In this document: positions 18,029-28,094 of the stretch, in pieces | How the letters are laid out: each line of letters opens with the position of its first letter | Position numbering within the stretch: position 1 is the stretch's first letter | Assembly: GCA_965552055.1 (NCBI GenBank) | Contig: CBEVQO010000008.1 | Coordinates: 32,915 to 96,914, forward strand | Direction: 5' to 3' | Origin: an uncultured bacterium | GTDB taxonomy: Bacteria > Hydrothermota > UBA3073 > NMUJ01 > CBEVQO01 | DNA length: 64,000 nt | The notes under the pieces: model-generated | What the model was told of the DNA's origin: nothing | The model's input: the letters and a program-made list of their open reading frames with translations, nothing else | Database searches by the model: none | Position numbers and translations under genes: made by a program

Positions 18029-19983
18029 TAAACCGCCATTTTGGTCATATCTTTCAGCTGGTCATCGCGCAGGTTGCGCTGCTGACAGGCACCTGACGGA
18101 CAACCAGCGATACATGAGCCACATCCTTCACATAATATTTCTTCGACTTTGGCGATTTTCTTTCCTTCTTTTTCTATCAATTCCCTTGCACCATAGGGAC
18201 ATAGTGATACACAAATTCCGCATCCGGAGCACAATTCTTCATCAACATAGGCAACAATTGGCTCATGAACTAATTCTTTTTGACCGAACATTTCGAGAAC
18301 TTTTGAAGCAGCAGCTGATGCCTGTGTAACGGTATCAGGGATGTCTTTGGGTGCCTGAGCTGCTCCAACAAAGAAAAATCCGGCATTTAGTGACTCAACT
18401 GGACGGAGTTTTGGGTGTGCTTCCTGTAAGAAGCCATTTGCATCCGTTTGTAAGCGTAATTTTTCAACGATTTCGCGTGTGCCCTGTGATGGAACTACAG
18501 CCATCGCAAGCACTACAAGGTCGCATCTAACTTCAATTTGCTCACCAGTAAGAGTATCCGCACCCACCACCACAAGTTCGCCATTATCTTCGTAAATTTT
18601 GGCAACCTTGCCTCTTATGTAAAGTACTTTATCTTCTCTTTGAGCCCTTTCATAAAATTCCTCATAACCTTTGCCAGCTGCTCTTACATCGATGTAGAAA
18701 ATAATGGCTTCGCCATCAGGCACTCTATGTTTATAAAGCATTGCATGTTTTGTCATATACATACAGCATATTTTTGAGCAGTAAGGAAGATGGTTATCAG
18801 GGTCCCTTGAGCCACAGCATCCCACAAACACCACTCTTTTTGGTATTTTCCCATCAGAAGGTCTCCTTACTTCACCGCCTGTCGGTCCAGAAGCAGAAAG
18901 TAACCTCTCGAATTGCAATCCATTTATAACATCTTTAATTTTGCCACCCCCATATTCTGGTAATTTCTCCATCGGATAAAGGTCATATCCTGTTGCAACT
19001 ATCACAGCACCCACCTCTTCTTCTACAATCTGGTCTTCTTCATCAAAATTTATTGCATCAAAAGGACAAACTTTTTCACAAATCCTGCATTTACCTGTTT
19101 TAAAGTAAAGACAATTATCTTTGTCTATTACAGGACGATTTGGAACTGCTTGGGGAAAAGGCACATAAATTGCTTTCCTGGTTGCTAATCCCATTTCAAA
19201 CTCTGATGGCACTTTTGTTGGGCATTTTTCCGTGCATAAGCCACAACCTGTACATTTTTTCCAGTCAACATAACTCGCTTTTAAACGAATTTTCGCTTTG
19301 AAATTGCCCACATATCCCGATATTTCTTCAACTTCTGCGTAGTTGTAAAGTTTGATGTTGGGATGCTGTGCTACTTCTACCATCTTTGGAGTTAAAATAC
19401 ATTGCGAGCAGTCAAGAGTAGGGAAGGTTTCAGATAATTGAGCCATTCTTCCTCCGATAGATGGTGATTTTTCCACCAGTATGACTTCGTATCCTGCATT
19501 TGCAATATCAAGCGATGCCTGAATTCCTGCGATACCTCCACCTATAACGAGAGCCCTTTTTGTTATGCCAACTCCAATCTTTTCAAGAGGTTCATTTCCT
19601 GCTACTTTTTTCACAATCGTTTTCACTATTTTTATGGCTTTTTGAGTTGCTTTCTCTTTATCAACATGCACCCAGCTGCACTGCTCCCTTATATTTGCTA
19701 TTTCGCACAGGTAAGGGTTTAGTCCAGCAGATTCTACCACTCTTCTGAATGTATTCTCATGCAAAGTCGGTGAGCATGCGGCAATCACAACAGCATCAAG
19801 ATTCTTTTCTTTTATCCTTTTTTTGATGAGTTCCTGTCCCGGGTCGGAGCACATATATCTGTAATCCTCTGCATGCACTACTTCGGGCATTTTCGCAATC
19901 TCTTCGGCTACTCTTTTAACATCAACCGTTCCCGCGATGTTTATCCCGCAATGACAGACGAAAACCCCGATTCTCTCAGGCAT
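18028..19983 (-). CDS. hdrA: Heterodisulfide reductase subunit A-like Fe-S flavoprotein
   Basis: RIGVFVCHCGINI, ACSP..HE, NIREQCSWVH, GGGIAG, TFPTLDCSQC, ferredoxin motifs, YCSKICCMY. Confidence 0.95.
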   Translation of the reverse strand: MPERIGVFVCHCGINIAGTVDVKRVAEEIAKMPEVVHAEDYRYMCSDPGQELIKKRIKEKNLDAVVIAACSPTLHENTFRRVVESAGLNPYLCEIANIREQCSWVHVDKEKATQKAIKIVKTIVKKVAGNEPLEKIGVGITKRALVIGGGIAGIQASLDIANAGYEVILVEKSPSIGGRMAQLSETFPTLDCSQCILTPKMVEVAQHPNIKLYNYAEVEEISGYVGNFKAKIRLKASYVDWKKCTGCGLCTEKCPTKVPSEFEMGLATRKAIYVPFPQAVPNRPVIDKDNCLYFKTGKCRICEKVCPFDAINFDEEDQIVEEEVGAVIVATGYDLYPMEKLPEYGGGKIKDVINGLQFERLLSASGPTGGEVRRPSDGKIPKRVVFVGCCGSRDPDNHLPYCSKICCMYMTKHAMLYKHRVPDGEAIIFYIDVRAAGKGYEEFYERAQREDKVLYIRGKVAKIYEDNGELVVVGADTLTGEQIEVRCDLVVLAMAVVPSQGTREIVEKLRLQTDANGFLQEAHPKLRPVESLNAGFFFVGAAQAPKDIPDTVTQASAAASKVLEMFGQKELVHEPIVAYVDEELCSGCGICVSLCPYGARELIEKEGKKIAKVEEILCEGCGSCIAGCPSGACQQRNLRDDQLKDMTKMAV

Positions 19984-20049
19984 AATCCCTCCTGACTTTT
20001 ATTATAACCCAATATTATCATTGTCAAGTGATAAAAAATTTTTTAATAA

Positions 20050-20120
20050 TTTTTAATGCGAGCGTAAGCGAGCATGTTACATATGGGCTGTAGGGTGGCG
20101 GGGACAGGGGGCGGACAAAA
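20050..20120 (+). repeat. Dispersed repeat, copy C (shortest)
   Basis: TTTTTAATGCGAGCGTAAGCGAGCATGTTACATATGGGCTGTAGGGTGGCGGGGACAGGGGGCGG. Confidence 0.8.
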
Positions 20121-20230
20121 ATTTTCTTGACATATTCATTATGTGATTATTTAAAAAGAAGGGGCTATGTGTAAGTTAATTTCGGGGTGTGATTTTCTTG
20201 AAACATAACAACCTCAAAGGGCAAGATATT

Positions 20231-21214
20231 TTGAATGTAACAATTTTAGGAGCAGGAAACTGGGGAACTACTTTAGCAATCCTTTTAAGCAAAAAAGTAA
20301 GCAAAATACTCCTCTGGTCAATAGAGGAACCCGAAGAAATCGAAAGAACCCGTGAAAACAAAAAGTATTTGCCAGGGTTCAAAATACCCCAAAATGTAAG
20401 AGTTACAGGAGACCTATCAGAAGCTCTCTCTAAAACTGAAGTCGTCATTTTTGCAGTACCATCACATGTTATGAGAGAAGTAGCACAAAAGGTGTCAAAA
20501 ATAAGGAAAGATTTTATCGCAGTAAGTGTAGCAAAAGGAATTGAATTGCATACCTTCAAAAGGATGACACAAATTCTCGAAGAAGAATTAAATACAGATA
20601 AGGTTTGTGCATTATCAGGACCAACGATAGCAAGAGAAGTTGTTAGAGGTTTGCCGACCGCATGTGTATGTGCATCAAAAAATAAATCTATAGGTGAAAA
20701 GATACAAAAATTGTTCAATACAAATACCTTTAGGGTTTATTACAGTGATGATGTCATTGGAGTGGAACTCGGTGGTGCTTTGAAGAATGTCATTGTGCTT
20801 GCAGCCGGTATGTGTGATGGTTTAAATCTCGGTGTAAATGCAAAGAGTGCTCTTTTAACAAGGGGACTTTATGAGATGCAGAAACTTGGTGTTAAAATGG
20901 GTGCCAAACCTTTGACATTTGCTGGCTTATCGGGTATGGGCGACCTTATAACAACTGCTTTCAGTCAATATAGTAGAAACAGATATGTTGGAGAAGAGCT
21001 CGGTAAAGGCAAAAAGTTAAAAGATATATTATCGGGAATGGTTATGGTAGCAGAGGGAGTAAAGACAGCAAAGGCGGTTTATGAATTATCGCAGAAATAC
21101 GAAATTGATATGCCGATAACAAAAGTAGTTTACGAAATATTATATGAAGACTTACCACCAAAAGAAGGCATAAAAAAATTGATGGAAAGACCATTAAAAT
21201 CCGAGCTTGGCTAA
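20231..21214 (+). CDS. gpsA: NAD(P)H-dependent glycerol-3-phosphate dehydrogenase
   Basis: GAGNWGT, SGPTIA, GVELGGALKNV, GLSGMGDLITT, SRNR; TTG start inferred. Confidence 0.95.
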   Translation: MNVTILGAGNWGTTLAILLSKKVSKILLWSIEEPEEIERTRENKKYLPGFKIPQNVRVTGDLSEALSKTEVVIFAVPSHVMREVAQKVSKIRKDFIAVSVAKGIELHTFKRMTQILEEELNTDKVCALSGPTIAREVVRGLPTACVCASKNKSIGEKIQKLFNTNTFRVYYSDDVIGVELGGALKNVIVLAAGMCDGLNLGVNAKSALLTRGLYEMQKLGVKMGAKPLTFAGLSGMGDLITTAFSQYSRNRYVGEELGKGKKLKDILSGMVMVAEGVKTAKAVYELSQKYEIDMPITKVVYEILYEDLPPKEGIKKLMERPLKSELG

Positions 21215-22913
21215 AATGCAAAAATATGTTGTAATTGTTGGTGGTGTTATAAGTGGTGTTGGAAAAGGAGTAGCAACTGCTTCCATTGGTAAAATTTTGC
21301 AAGAATACGGCTATACAACAACTGCAATAAAGATTGACCCTTACATAAATTACGATGCAGGAACTTTGCGTCCAACAGAACATGGTGAAGTTTGGGTTAC
21401 AGATGACGGAGGCGAAATAGACCAGGATTTGGGTAGCTACGAGCGCTTCCTTGGAAGAAGCATTCCAAAGAAAAATAACATAACAACGGGACAAATCTAT
21501 AAAGCAGTAATTGACAGGGAAAGAAGAGGAGAATATCTTGGACAAACAGTGCAGTTTATACCCCATGTTACAGATGAGATAAAAAGAAGGATAAAAGAAG
21601 CAGCGGAAGATTATGAAATTGTCCTGATAGAAATAGGTGGAACTGTGGGTGACTATGAAAATATACCTTATCTTTTCGCAATTAAAGGAATGGAGCTTGA
21701 AATCGGAAAGGAAAATGTTTCTTACATTTTAATAACATTTTTACCTGTGCCTTATCATATTGGGGAAATGAAAACAAAACCCACTCAGCAAGCGATCAAG
21801 CATCTGCAAGAAGTGGGCATCTCTCCCGATATTATTTTATGCAGAGGACCTGTTCCTCTTGACAGCGTACGCCGTAAAAAAATAGAAATCTACGCAAATA
21901 TAAAATCGGACTATGTAATATCTGCACCCGACACCGATAACATTTATGAAATTCCTTTGAATTTTGAAAAAGAACATCTCGGTTTAAAAATCCTTGAGAA
22001 ATTAAATTTAAAACCAAGAAAAAATCCTGATTTTTCTGAATGGAGGAGAAGAGTCGAAAATCTCGAAAAACCCGATGACATTGTCAAAATAGCAATGGTC
22101 GGTAAATATGTGAAAATTGGCGATTACATTTTAAAAGATTCTTATATTTCTATAAATGAGGCATTAAAGCATGCTTCTGCTGAAACAAAAATAGGTGTCG
22201 AAATTGACTGGCTTGATTCAAACAAAATAACTTTTGATGATTTAAAAGGCTACCATGGCATAATTGTACCTGGAGGTTTTGGCTCTACAGGAATTGAGGG
22301 CAAAATTCTTGCAATACAGTATGCTCGTGAAAAAGATGTGCCTTTCTTGGGACTGTGTCTTGGCATGCAGTTAGCTGTCTGCGAATATGCTCGTAATGTA
22401 TGCGGATTGACAGGTGCAACATCTGCTGAATTTTCGCCAGATGCAAAATATAAAGTGATAGATTTCATTCCTTCACAGAAACGCCTTATTGAAAAAAAGA
22501 AATACGGAGGAACGATGAGATTGGGTGCATACGCTGCTTTCCTTTCCGAAAATTCTTTAGTTTATAAACTTTATAAAGAAACAGGAAGATTAGAAAAAGA
22601 TATGCAAATTGATTTACCACGAAAGCGCAAAGGCAAAATTCCAAAGGATAAAAAATATTTTGTTGTAGAAAGACATCGCCATAGATATGAAGTCAACCCT
22701 GAATTTATTCCTATCTTAGAACAAAATGGTCTTAAATTTTCGGGGGTTCATATAAATTTGCATGGTGAGGAATTGATGGAATTTCTCGAATTACCCGGGC
22801 ACATCTTCTTTGTTGCCACTCAAAGCCATCCCGAATTTAAATCACGCTTCCTTGACCCTGCTCCACTTTTTATCGGATTTTTAAAAGCCTGCCAGAAAAA
22901 GAAATATTCCTAA
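21207..22913 (+). CDS. pyrG: CTP synthase
   Basis: GGVISGVGKG, KIDPYIN, KTKPTQ, GLCLGMQ, RHRHRYE, QSHPEF. Confidence 0.97.
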   Translation: MAKMQKYVVIVGGVISGVGKGVATASIGKILQEYGYTTTAIKIDPYINYDAGTLRPTEHGEVWVTDDGGEIDQDLGSYERFLGRSIPKKNNITTGQIYKAVIDRERRGEYLGQTVQFIPHVTDEIKRRIKEAAEDYEIVLIEIGGTVGDYENIPYLFAIKGMELEIGKENVSYILITFLPVPYHIGEMKTKPTQQAIKHLQEVGISPDIILCRGPVPLDSVRRKKIEIYANIKSDYVISAPDTDNIYEIPLNFEKEHLGLKILEKLNLKPRKNPDFSEWRRRVENLEKPDDIVKIAMVGKYVKIGDYILKDSYISINEALKHASAETKIGVEIDWLDSNKITFDDLKGYHGIIVPGGFGSTGIEGKILAIQYAREKDVPFLGLCLGMQLAVCEYARNVCGLTGATSAEFSPDAKYKVIDFIPSQKRLIEKKKYGGTMRLGAYAAFLSENSLVYKLYKETGRLEKDMQIDLPRKRKGKIPKDKKYFVVERHRHRYEVNPEFIPILEQNGLKFSGVHINLHGEELMEFLELPGHIFFVATQSHPEFKSRFLDPAPLFIGFLKACQKKKYS

Positions 22914-24919
22914 AAACTAAATTCTTCGATTTCTTCATACTCTTCGAGTTTCCATTCTGGTATTTTATGGAGATCGCAATATCTTTTTGGTTCTGTTCCT
23001 TTTATGAAATATTCTCTCCTTTTCCTCGGACAATTTTCAGTAGCTAGCAATCCGCTATCAAGGCATATCACCCTTTCTACAATTCCTGAAGGTGGTTTAA
23101 AATTTTTTACAGGTTTGCCTGCTTCTGCCCTTTTCATAAACTCAGCCCAGATAGGTGCTGCGAATCTGCCACCCGTTGCACCGCGCACAATTGTCTTCGG
23201 CTTATCAAACCCAACCCATACTCCACAAACATAATAAGGAGTAAAGCCGATAAACCATGCATCGGTATAATCATCTGTGGTGCCTGTCTTACCTGCACAG
23301 GGTCTTAAAAACCCCTTACGCCGTATAGAACGAGCAGTACCATATTTCACAACACTCTGCATCATGCTTTGCATCAAAAAAGCAACTTGGGGCGTTAAAA
23401 CACGGTCCCTAACGGGCTCCGATTTGTAGATGATATTACCATTTCTATCAACGATTTTTAAAATATAAATGGGTTTCACTCTATATCCTCCGTTCGCAAA
23501 AGCACAATAAGCTGTCACCATATCAAGCAAAGTAACGCAATTTGAACCAAGTGCAAGAGAAATAACAGGCAATAATTTGTGCTCTATTCCCATATTTTCT
23601 GCAAGGTCAACTACTTTTTCTGGTGAAAATTTCATAATCAGCCTGACGGATACTAAATTGCGAGAATATGCTAAAGCATCTCTCAAAGTAATTCTTCCTA
23701 AAAATCTTCTATCATAATTCATCGGTGAATAAATAGTATCTCCTGCATCTACAACGATTGGTGCATCGAGCACCATTGTACCCGGTGTATAACCATTTTG
23801 TAAAGCAACAGCCCATACAAAAGGTTTAAAAGCAGAACCTGGCTGTCTCAATGCCTGAGTAGCACGGTTAAACATGCTCTCCCTGAAATCCCTTCCTCCT
23901 ACCATCGCGAGTATCTCTCCTGTCCTTGGATTCATACAAAGCAAAGCACACTGCAAAGGTTCGCCTTTTTCCTCTCTCACCATATAAAATTTCTTCAACC
24001 TCTTTAACTCTCTTTTGACAACACTCTCTGCAATTTTTTGCAATCGAGAAGACAAAGTTGTATAAATTTTTGCACCACTTGTATAAAGAAATTCTTCGCC
24101 ATATTCTCTTATCAAAATTTTTTTGACTTCTTCCACAAAATAAGGTCCAATTCCTGTTGTCTTTTTCTTCTTTTTCAATCCCAAAGGCGCATTTTTTGCG
24201 TATTCTGCTATATTTCTCGCAATTATACCCTTTTTTGCAAGCAAATCCAGAACTTTTGCCCTCATCTCAACTGCTTTCACAGGGTTAACAAACGGATTAT
24301 AAGAAGAAGGAGCTCTCGGCAAACTTGCAAGTAAAGCACATTCTGGTAATGTTAAATCTTTTACATGTTTACCAAAATATTTTTCTGCTGCTGCTTCCAC
24401 ACCATATGCTCCCTGACCAAAATAAATGTTTGTAAGATACATCTCAAGGATTTCGTCTTTTGAAAATACTCTCTCAATTTTGACAGCAAGAATTGCTTCT
24501 TTTAATTTTCTAATCCATGTTCTTTCCATTGAAAGAAATAAATTCCTTGCCAGCTGCTGAGTTATAGTACTTGCACCTTGTACTACTCTTCCAGCTCTTA
24601 AATTTGTAAGAAAAGCACGAGCAACACCGAAAATATCAATACCCCAATGTTTGTAAAACCTTTTATCTTCTTTTAAAATTATCGCTTTCTTCAAATATTC
24701 AGGTACTTCTGTAAGTTCCACAGGCTTTCTGCGTTGCCCCTGAAATTCATAGATAACATTTCCATCGCGATCAAGTATAACCGCAGGAATTGGAGGTTTA
24801 TATTCTTTTAACCTTGAAATCGAAGGCAGAGTTTTATTAAGAGAGTAAATTACTCCAAATCCCAATCCAAAGATTGTTCCCCATATTCCGCAACATATTA
24901 AAAAAGCTTTTCTCCACAT
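22910..24919 (-). CDS. Class A penicillin-binding protein (PBP1A family)
   Basis: EDKRFY.H.G, GASTITQQLAR, RQPGSAFKP, SRN, KTG; leaderless ATG 24919 inferred (ORF track starts at 24925). Confidence 0.95.
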   Translation of the reverse strand: MWRKAFLICCGIWGTIFGLGFGVIYSLNKTLPSISRLKEYKPPIPAVILDRDGNVIYEFQGQRRKPVELTEVPEYLKKAIILKEDKRFYKHWGIDIFGVARAFLTNLRAGRVVQGASTITQQLARNLFLSMERTWIRKLKEAILAVKIERVFSKDEILEMYLTNIYFGQGAYGVEAAAEKYFGKHVKDLTLPECALLASLPRAPSSYNPFVNPVKAVEMRAKVLDLLAKKGIIARNIAEYAKNAPLGLKKKKKTTGIGPYFVEEVKKILIREYGEEFLYTSGAKIYTTLSSRLQKIAESVVKRELKRLKKFYMVREEKGEPLQCALLCMNPRTGEILAMVGGRDFRESMFNRATQALRQPGSAFKPFVWAVALQNGYTPGTMVLDAPIVVDAGDTIYSPMNYDRRFLGRITLRDALAYSRNLVSVRLIMKFSPEKVVDLAENMGIEHKLLPVISLALGSNCVTLLDMVTAYCAFANGGYRVKPIYILKIVDRNGNIIYKSEPVRDRVLTPQVAFLMQSMMQSVVKYGTARSIRRKGFLRPCAGKTGTTDDYTDAWFIGFTPYYVCGVWVGFDKPKTIVRGATGGRFAAPIWAEFMKRAEAGKPVKNFKPPSGIVERVICLDSGLLATENCPRKRREYFIKGTEPKRYCDLHKIPEWKLEEYEEIEEFSF

Positions 24920-24961
24920 CTTCATATTTTATTCTAAAAAGAAAAAAGTCAAGCAAATAAT

Positions 24962-24982
24962 AAAAAAGCCCCCTGAGGGGGC
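24962..24982 (-). terminator. Rho-independent terminator-like hairpin on the minus strand
   Basis: GCCCCC-TCA-GGGGGC followed by TTTTTT on the minus strand. Confidence 0.55.
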
Positions 24983-25068
24983 GGAAGGGGGAAGGGGCCT
25001 GTGCCTCTTATCTTATAACCAAATTCGTGTCAAAAGCCCTTGACTTTCCCATATTTTGACAATATTTA

Positions 25069-26049
25069 ATGATGGAAATAACAAATCCAATACGGCAGGT
25101 AGGCGACGAAACGATAGAGAAAACCCTAAGACCACAAAAACTGGAAGATTTTGTAAATCAAGAGAGAATAAAAGAAATATTGAAAATATCAATTGAATCC
25201 GCGAAAAAAAGGGGAGCTTCTCTCGACCACATTTTGCTTTATGGACCACCGGGTCTCGGTAAAACAACCCTTGCTCACATAATCGCAAAGGAAATGGGCA
25301 AAAAAATAATTGCAACTTCAGGACCCGCACTCGAGAAAAAGGTAGATCTGGTAGGAATACTAACAAAGTTAGAAGACGGAGATATTTTATTCATTGACGA
25401 AATCCACAGATTATCAAAACCTTTAGAAGAATACCTTTATCCAGCGATGGAAGATTTCAAAGTCGATGTAATAATAGAACCGGGTCCAAATGCAAAGACA
25501 ATAAAATTGAATTTGAATAAATTTACATTGATAGGAGCAACAACAAGAACAGGTCTATTATCTTCTCCATTTAAGTCAAGATTTGAATTTGAATTCCGTT
25601 TAACTTACTATCGACCTGAACATCTCAAAAAAATTATATTGAGGTCGGCAAAAATACTCGGAATAGACATTGATGAAGAAGCCGCTTTTGAGATAGCAAA
25701 AAGGTCTCGTGGCACTCCCCGTATAGCAAACAGATTACTGAAAAGAGCAAGAGATATGGCATTGTATATGTCAGAAAAAAAGATAACAAAAAAAGTTGCA
25801 AAAGAAATGCTCGATAAACTGGGAATTGACGAAAACGGTCTTTGTGAACTCGACAGGAAAATACTGGAGACAATTGTAAAAAAATATGCAGGTGGACCTG
25901 TTGGCTTAAAAACGATATCAGCTTCTGTGGGAGAAGACCCGGGAACAATTGAGGCAGATTTTGAACCTTACTTATTACAGGAAGGTTATATACAGAGAAC
26001 CCAAAGAGGAAGAAAAGCAACTCAAAAAGCTTTTAATCTTTTTAGATGA
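25069..26049 (+). CDS. ruvB: Holliday junction branch migration helicase
   Basis: LRPQKL, GPPGLGKTTLA, FIDEIHR, LYPAMEDF, RGTPRIA, GGPVG. Confidence 0.97.
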   Translation: MMEITNPIRQVGDETIEKTLRPQKLEDFVNQERIKEILKISIESAKKRGASLDHILLYGPPGLGKTTLAHIIAKEMGKKIIATSGPALEKKVDLVGILTKLEDGDILFIDEIHRLSKPLEEYLYPAMEDFKVDVIIEPGPNAKTIKLNLNKFTLIGATTRTGLLSSPFKSRFEFEFRLTYYRPEHLKKIILRSAKILGIDIDEEAAFEIAKRSRGTPRIANRLLKRARDMALYMSEKKITKKVAKEMLDKLGIDENGLCELDRKILETIVKKYAGGPVGLKTISASVGEDPGTIEADFEPYLLQEGYIQRTQRGRKATQKAFNLFR

Positions 26050-27125
26050 AAATAATATCTGTAATCGGAGCAAGACCACAGTTTATAAAACTAGCACCAA
26101 TTTATAAAGAGATTAAAAAATATGATAAAATAGAACATAAAGTTTTGCATACAGGTCAGCATTACGATTTTAATATGTCTGACATTTTCTTTTTTGAACT
26201 GGATTTAAAGGCAGATTATAATCTTGGGATAGGTTCTGGCACTCATTCTGAGCAAACAGGCAGGATGCTTATAGAAATAGAGAAAGTTTTGATGGAAGAA
26301 AAGCCCGACCTTGTAATGGTTTATGGTGATACGAATTCCACGCTCGCAGGAGCTCTTGCAGCCGCAAAACTGCATATACCCGTGGCACATGTAGAAGCAG
26401 GGGTCAGAAGTTTTAATATGAAAATGCCAGAAGAAATAAATAGATTACTTACAGACAGAATCTCAAAAATTTTATTTTGCCCCACAAAAACAGCGGTAAA
26501 AAATCTGAAAAAAGAAGGTCATAAAAGGGGAATTCATTTTGTAGGTGATGTGATGCTCGATATACTTTTGAACTCGAAAAATAAAATCGAAGAAAAATAT
26601 AAAGAAGTGCTTCAAAAATTCAAATTAGAGGAAAAAAATTTTTGTGTCGCTACGATACATCGTCAGGAAAATACAGATGATAAGAATAGATTAAAAGAAA
26701 TTTTTTCCGCATTATCAGAAATTGGTAAAAAAATAAAAGTTTTGATTCCTTTGCATCCAAGGACAAAAAAGAGATTAAAAGAATTCAATTTGAATCCCCA
26801 AAATATTGAAATAATTGAACCTGTATCTTATTTTGAAATGTTGTGCCTGCAAAAGGGAGCAAAAATTGTTCTCACGGATTCCGGTGGAATGCAAAAAGAG
26901 TCCGCATTCTTAAAAACTCCATGCTTAACATTGAGAGAAGAAACAGAATGGATAGAAACCATAACATCGGGATGGAACATCCTCGCAGGAAAAATAAAAA
27001 AAGAAGTAATCCTGGAGAAATTTGAAAAAATATTAATCTCAAAATCTAAAAAGGAAATTTACAAACAATTTGGTGCAGGCAAAGCAACAAAAAATATCGT
27101 TAAAATTTTAAATTCTTTTGCTTGA
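26046..27125 (+). CDS. wecB: UDP-N-acetylglucosamine 2-epimerase (non-hydrolysing)
   Basis: GARPQFIK, HTGQHYD, GDTNSTLAG, HVEAG.RS, TDSGG.QKE. Confidence 0.93.
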   Translation: MKIISVIGARPQFIKLAPIYKEIKKYDKIEHKVLHTGQHYDFNMSDIFFFELDLKADYNLGIGSGTHSEQTGRMLIEIEKVLMEEKPDLVMVYGDTNSTLAGALAAAKLHIPVAHVEAGVRSFNMKMPEEINRLLTDRISKILFCPTKTAVKNLKKEGHKRGIHFVGDVMLDILLNSKNKIEEKYKEVLQKFKLEEKNFCVATIHRQENTDDKNRLKEIFSALSEIGKKIKVLIPLHPRTKKRLKEFNLNPQNIEIIEPVSYFEMLCLQKGAKIVLTDSGGMQKESAFLKTPCLTLREETEWIETITSGWNILAGKIKKEVILEKFEKILISKSKKEIYKQFGAGKATKNIVKILNSFA

Positions 27126-27153
27126 CTTTTTAGGGGATACGATAAAATAAATT

Positions 27154-28065
27154 GTGAAAGAGATTTCTGTCATAATACCTGCTTACAATGAAGAAAAAAA
27201 TATCCCTGTACTAATACAGAAATTTAAAGAATTTTTGGAGAAAAATCCATTAAATCTCGAAGTGATAATTGTTGATGATGGAAGCACAGATAAAACCTAT
27301 GAAATAGCAAAAAATCTCGAAAAGGAAGTAAATTTTTTAAAAGTAATTAAGCATAGGGCAAATATGGGAAAAACCGAAGCTATTTTAACGGGCTTTGAAA
27401 AAGCAGAAGGTAAATACATCGTCATTATGGATGCAGATTTACAATATCTCCCCGAATCTATCACAAAACTCTATTCAAAAATAAAAGAAGGATTTGACAT
27501 TGTAACAGGATGGAAGCGCGGTAAATATGAGAAAAAATTCGTATCTTCTGTCTATAACTGGCTATCGAGGAAACTTTTTAATCTCCCAATTCATGACCAG
27601 AATGCGATTAAAATTTTAAAAAGAGAAATTCTTGAAAATATTTTTTTAAGAAAGGACTGGCACAGGTATATCGTTGCACTCGCGTGCGAACAGGGTTATA
27701 AGGCAGGAGAGGTAGAAGTAGAGCTTCATCCCCGTCTTTATGGAGAATCAAAATACAGAGGATTTAAAAGAGTAATAATCGGCTTACTCGATTTAATAGC
27801 GGTTAAATTTCAGACTTCATTTATGAAAAAGCCGATGTTACTCTTTGGTTCTTTTGGCGGTGCTTTAACACTTGCTGGCATACTCGTAGCAATCTATGCT
27901 TTTTACATGAGATTTGTAAAAGGAATAGGTTACAGACCTTTACTTTATCTTGTTATGCTTTTAATAATTGTTGGCATTGTGCTTTTTGTTATGGGTTTTC
28001 TTGCAGAAGCTATAAGTGGGTTGGCAGAGCGTGTTGATCGCCTTGAAAGAAGGTTGACAAAATGA
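27154..28065 (+). CDS. GT2 glycosyltransferase, ArnC/GtrB-like, with C-terminal TM helices
   Basis: IIPAYNEE, VDDGSTD, MDADLQ. Confidence 0.9.
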   Translation: MKEISVIIPAYNEEKNIPVLIQKFKEFLEKNPLNLEVIIVDDGSTDKTYEIAKNLEKEVNFLKVIKHRANMGKTEAILTGFEKAEGKYIVIMDADLQYLPESITKLYSKIKEGFDIVTGWKRGKYEKKFVSSVYNWLSRKLFNLPIHDQNAIKILKREILENIFLRKDWHRYIVALACEQGYKAGEVEVELHPRLYGESKYRGFKRVIIGLLDLIAVKFQTSFMKKPMLLFGSFGGALTLAGILVAIYAFYMRFVKGIGYRPLLYLVMLLIIVGIVLFVMGFLAEAISGLAERVDRLERRLTK

Positions 28066-28094
28066 AAATTTTGAATATATAAAATGGAGGGGGT

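Noticed and set aside
18028..19983. Selenocysteine recoding in HdrA
   Set aside because: The ORF is continuous with no internal TGA
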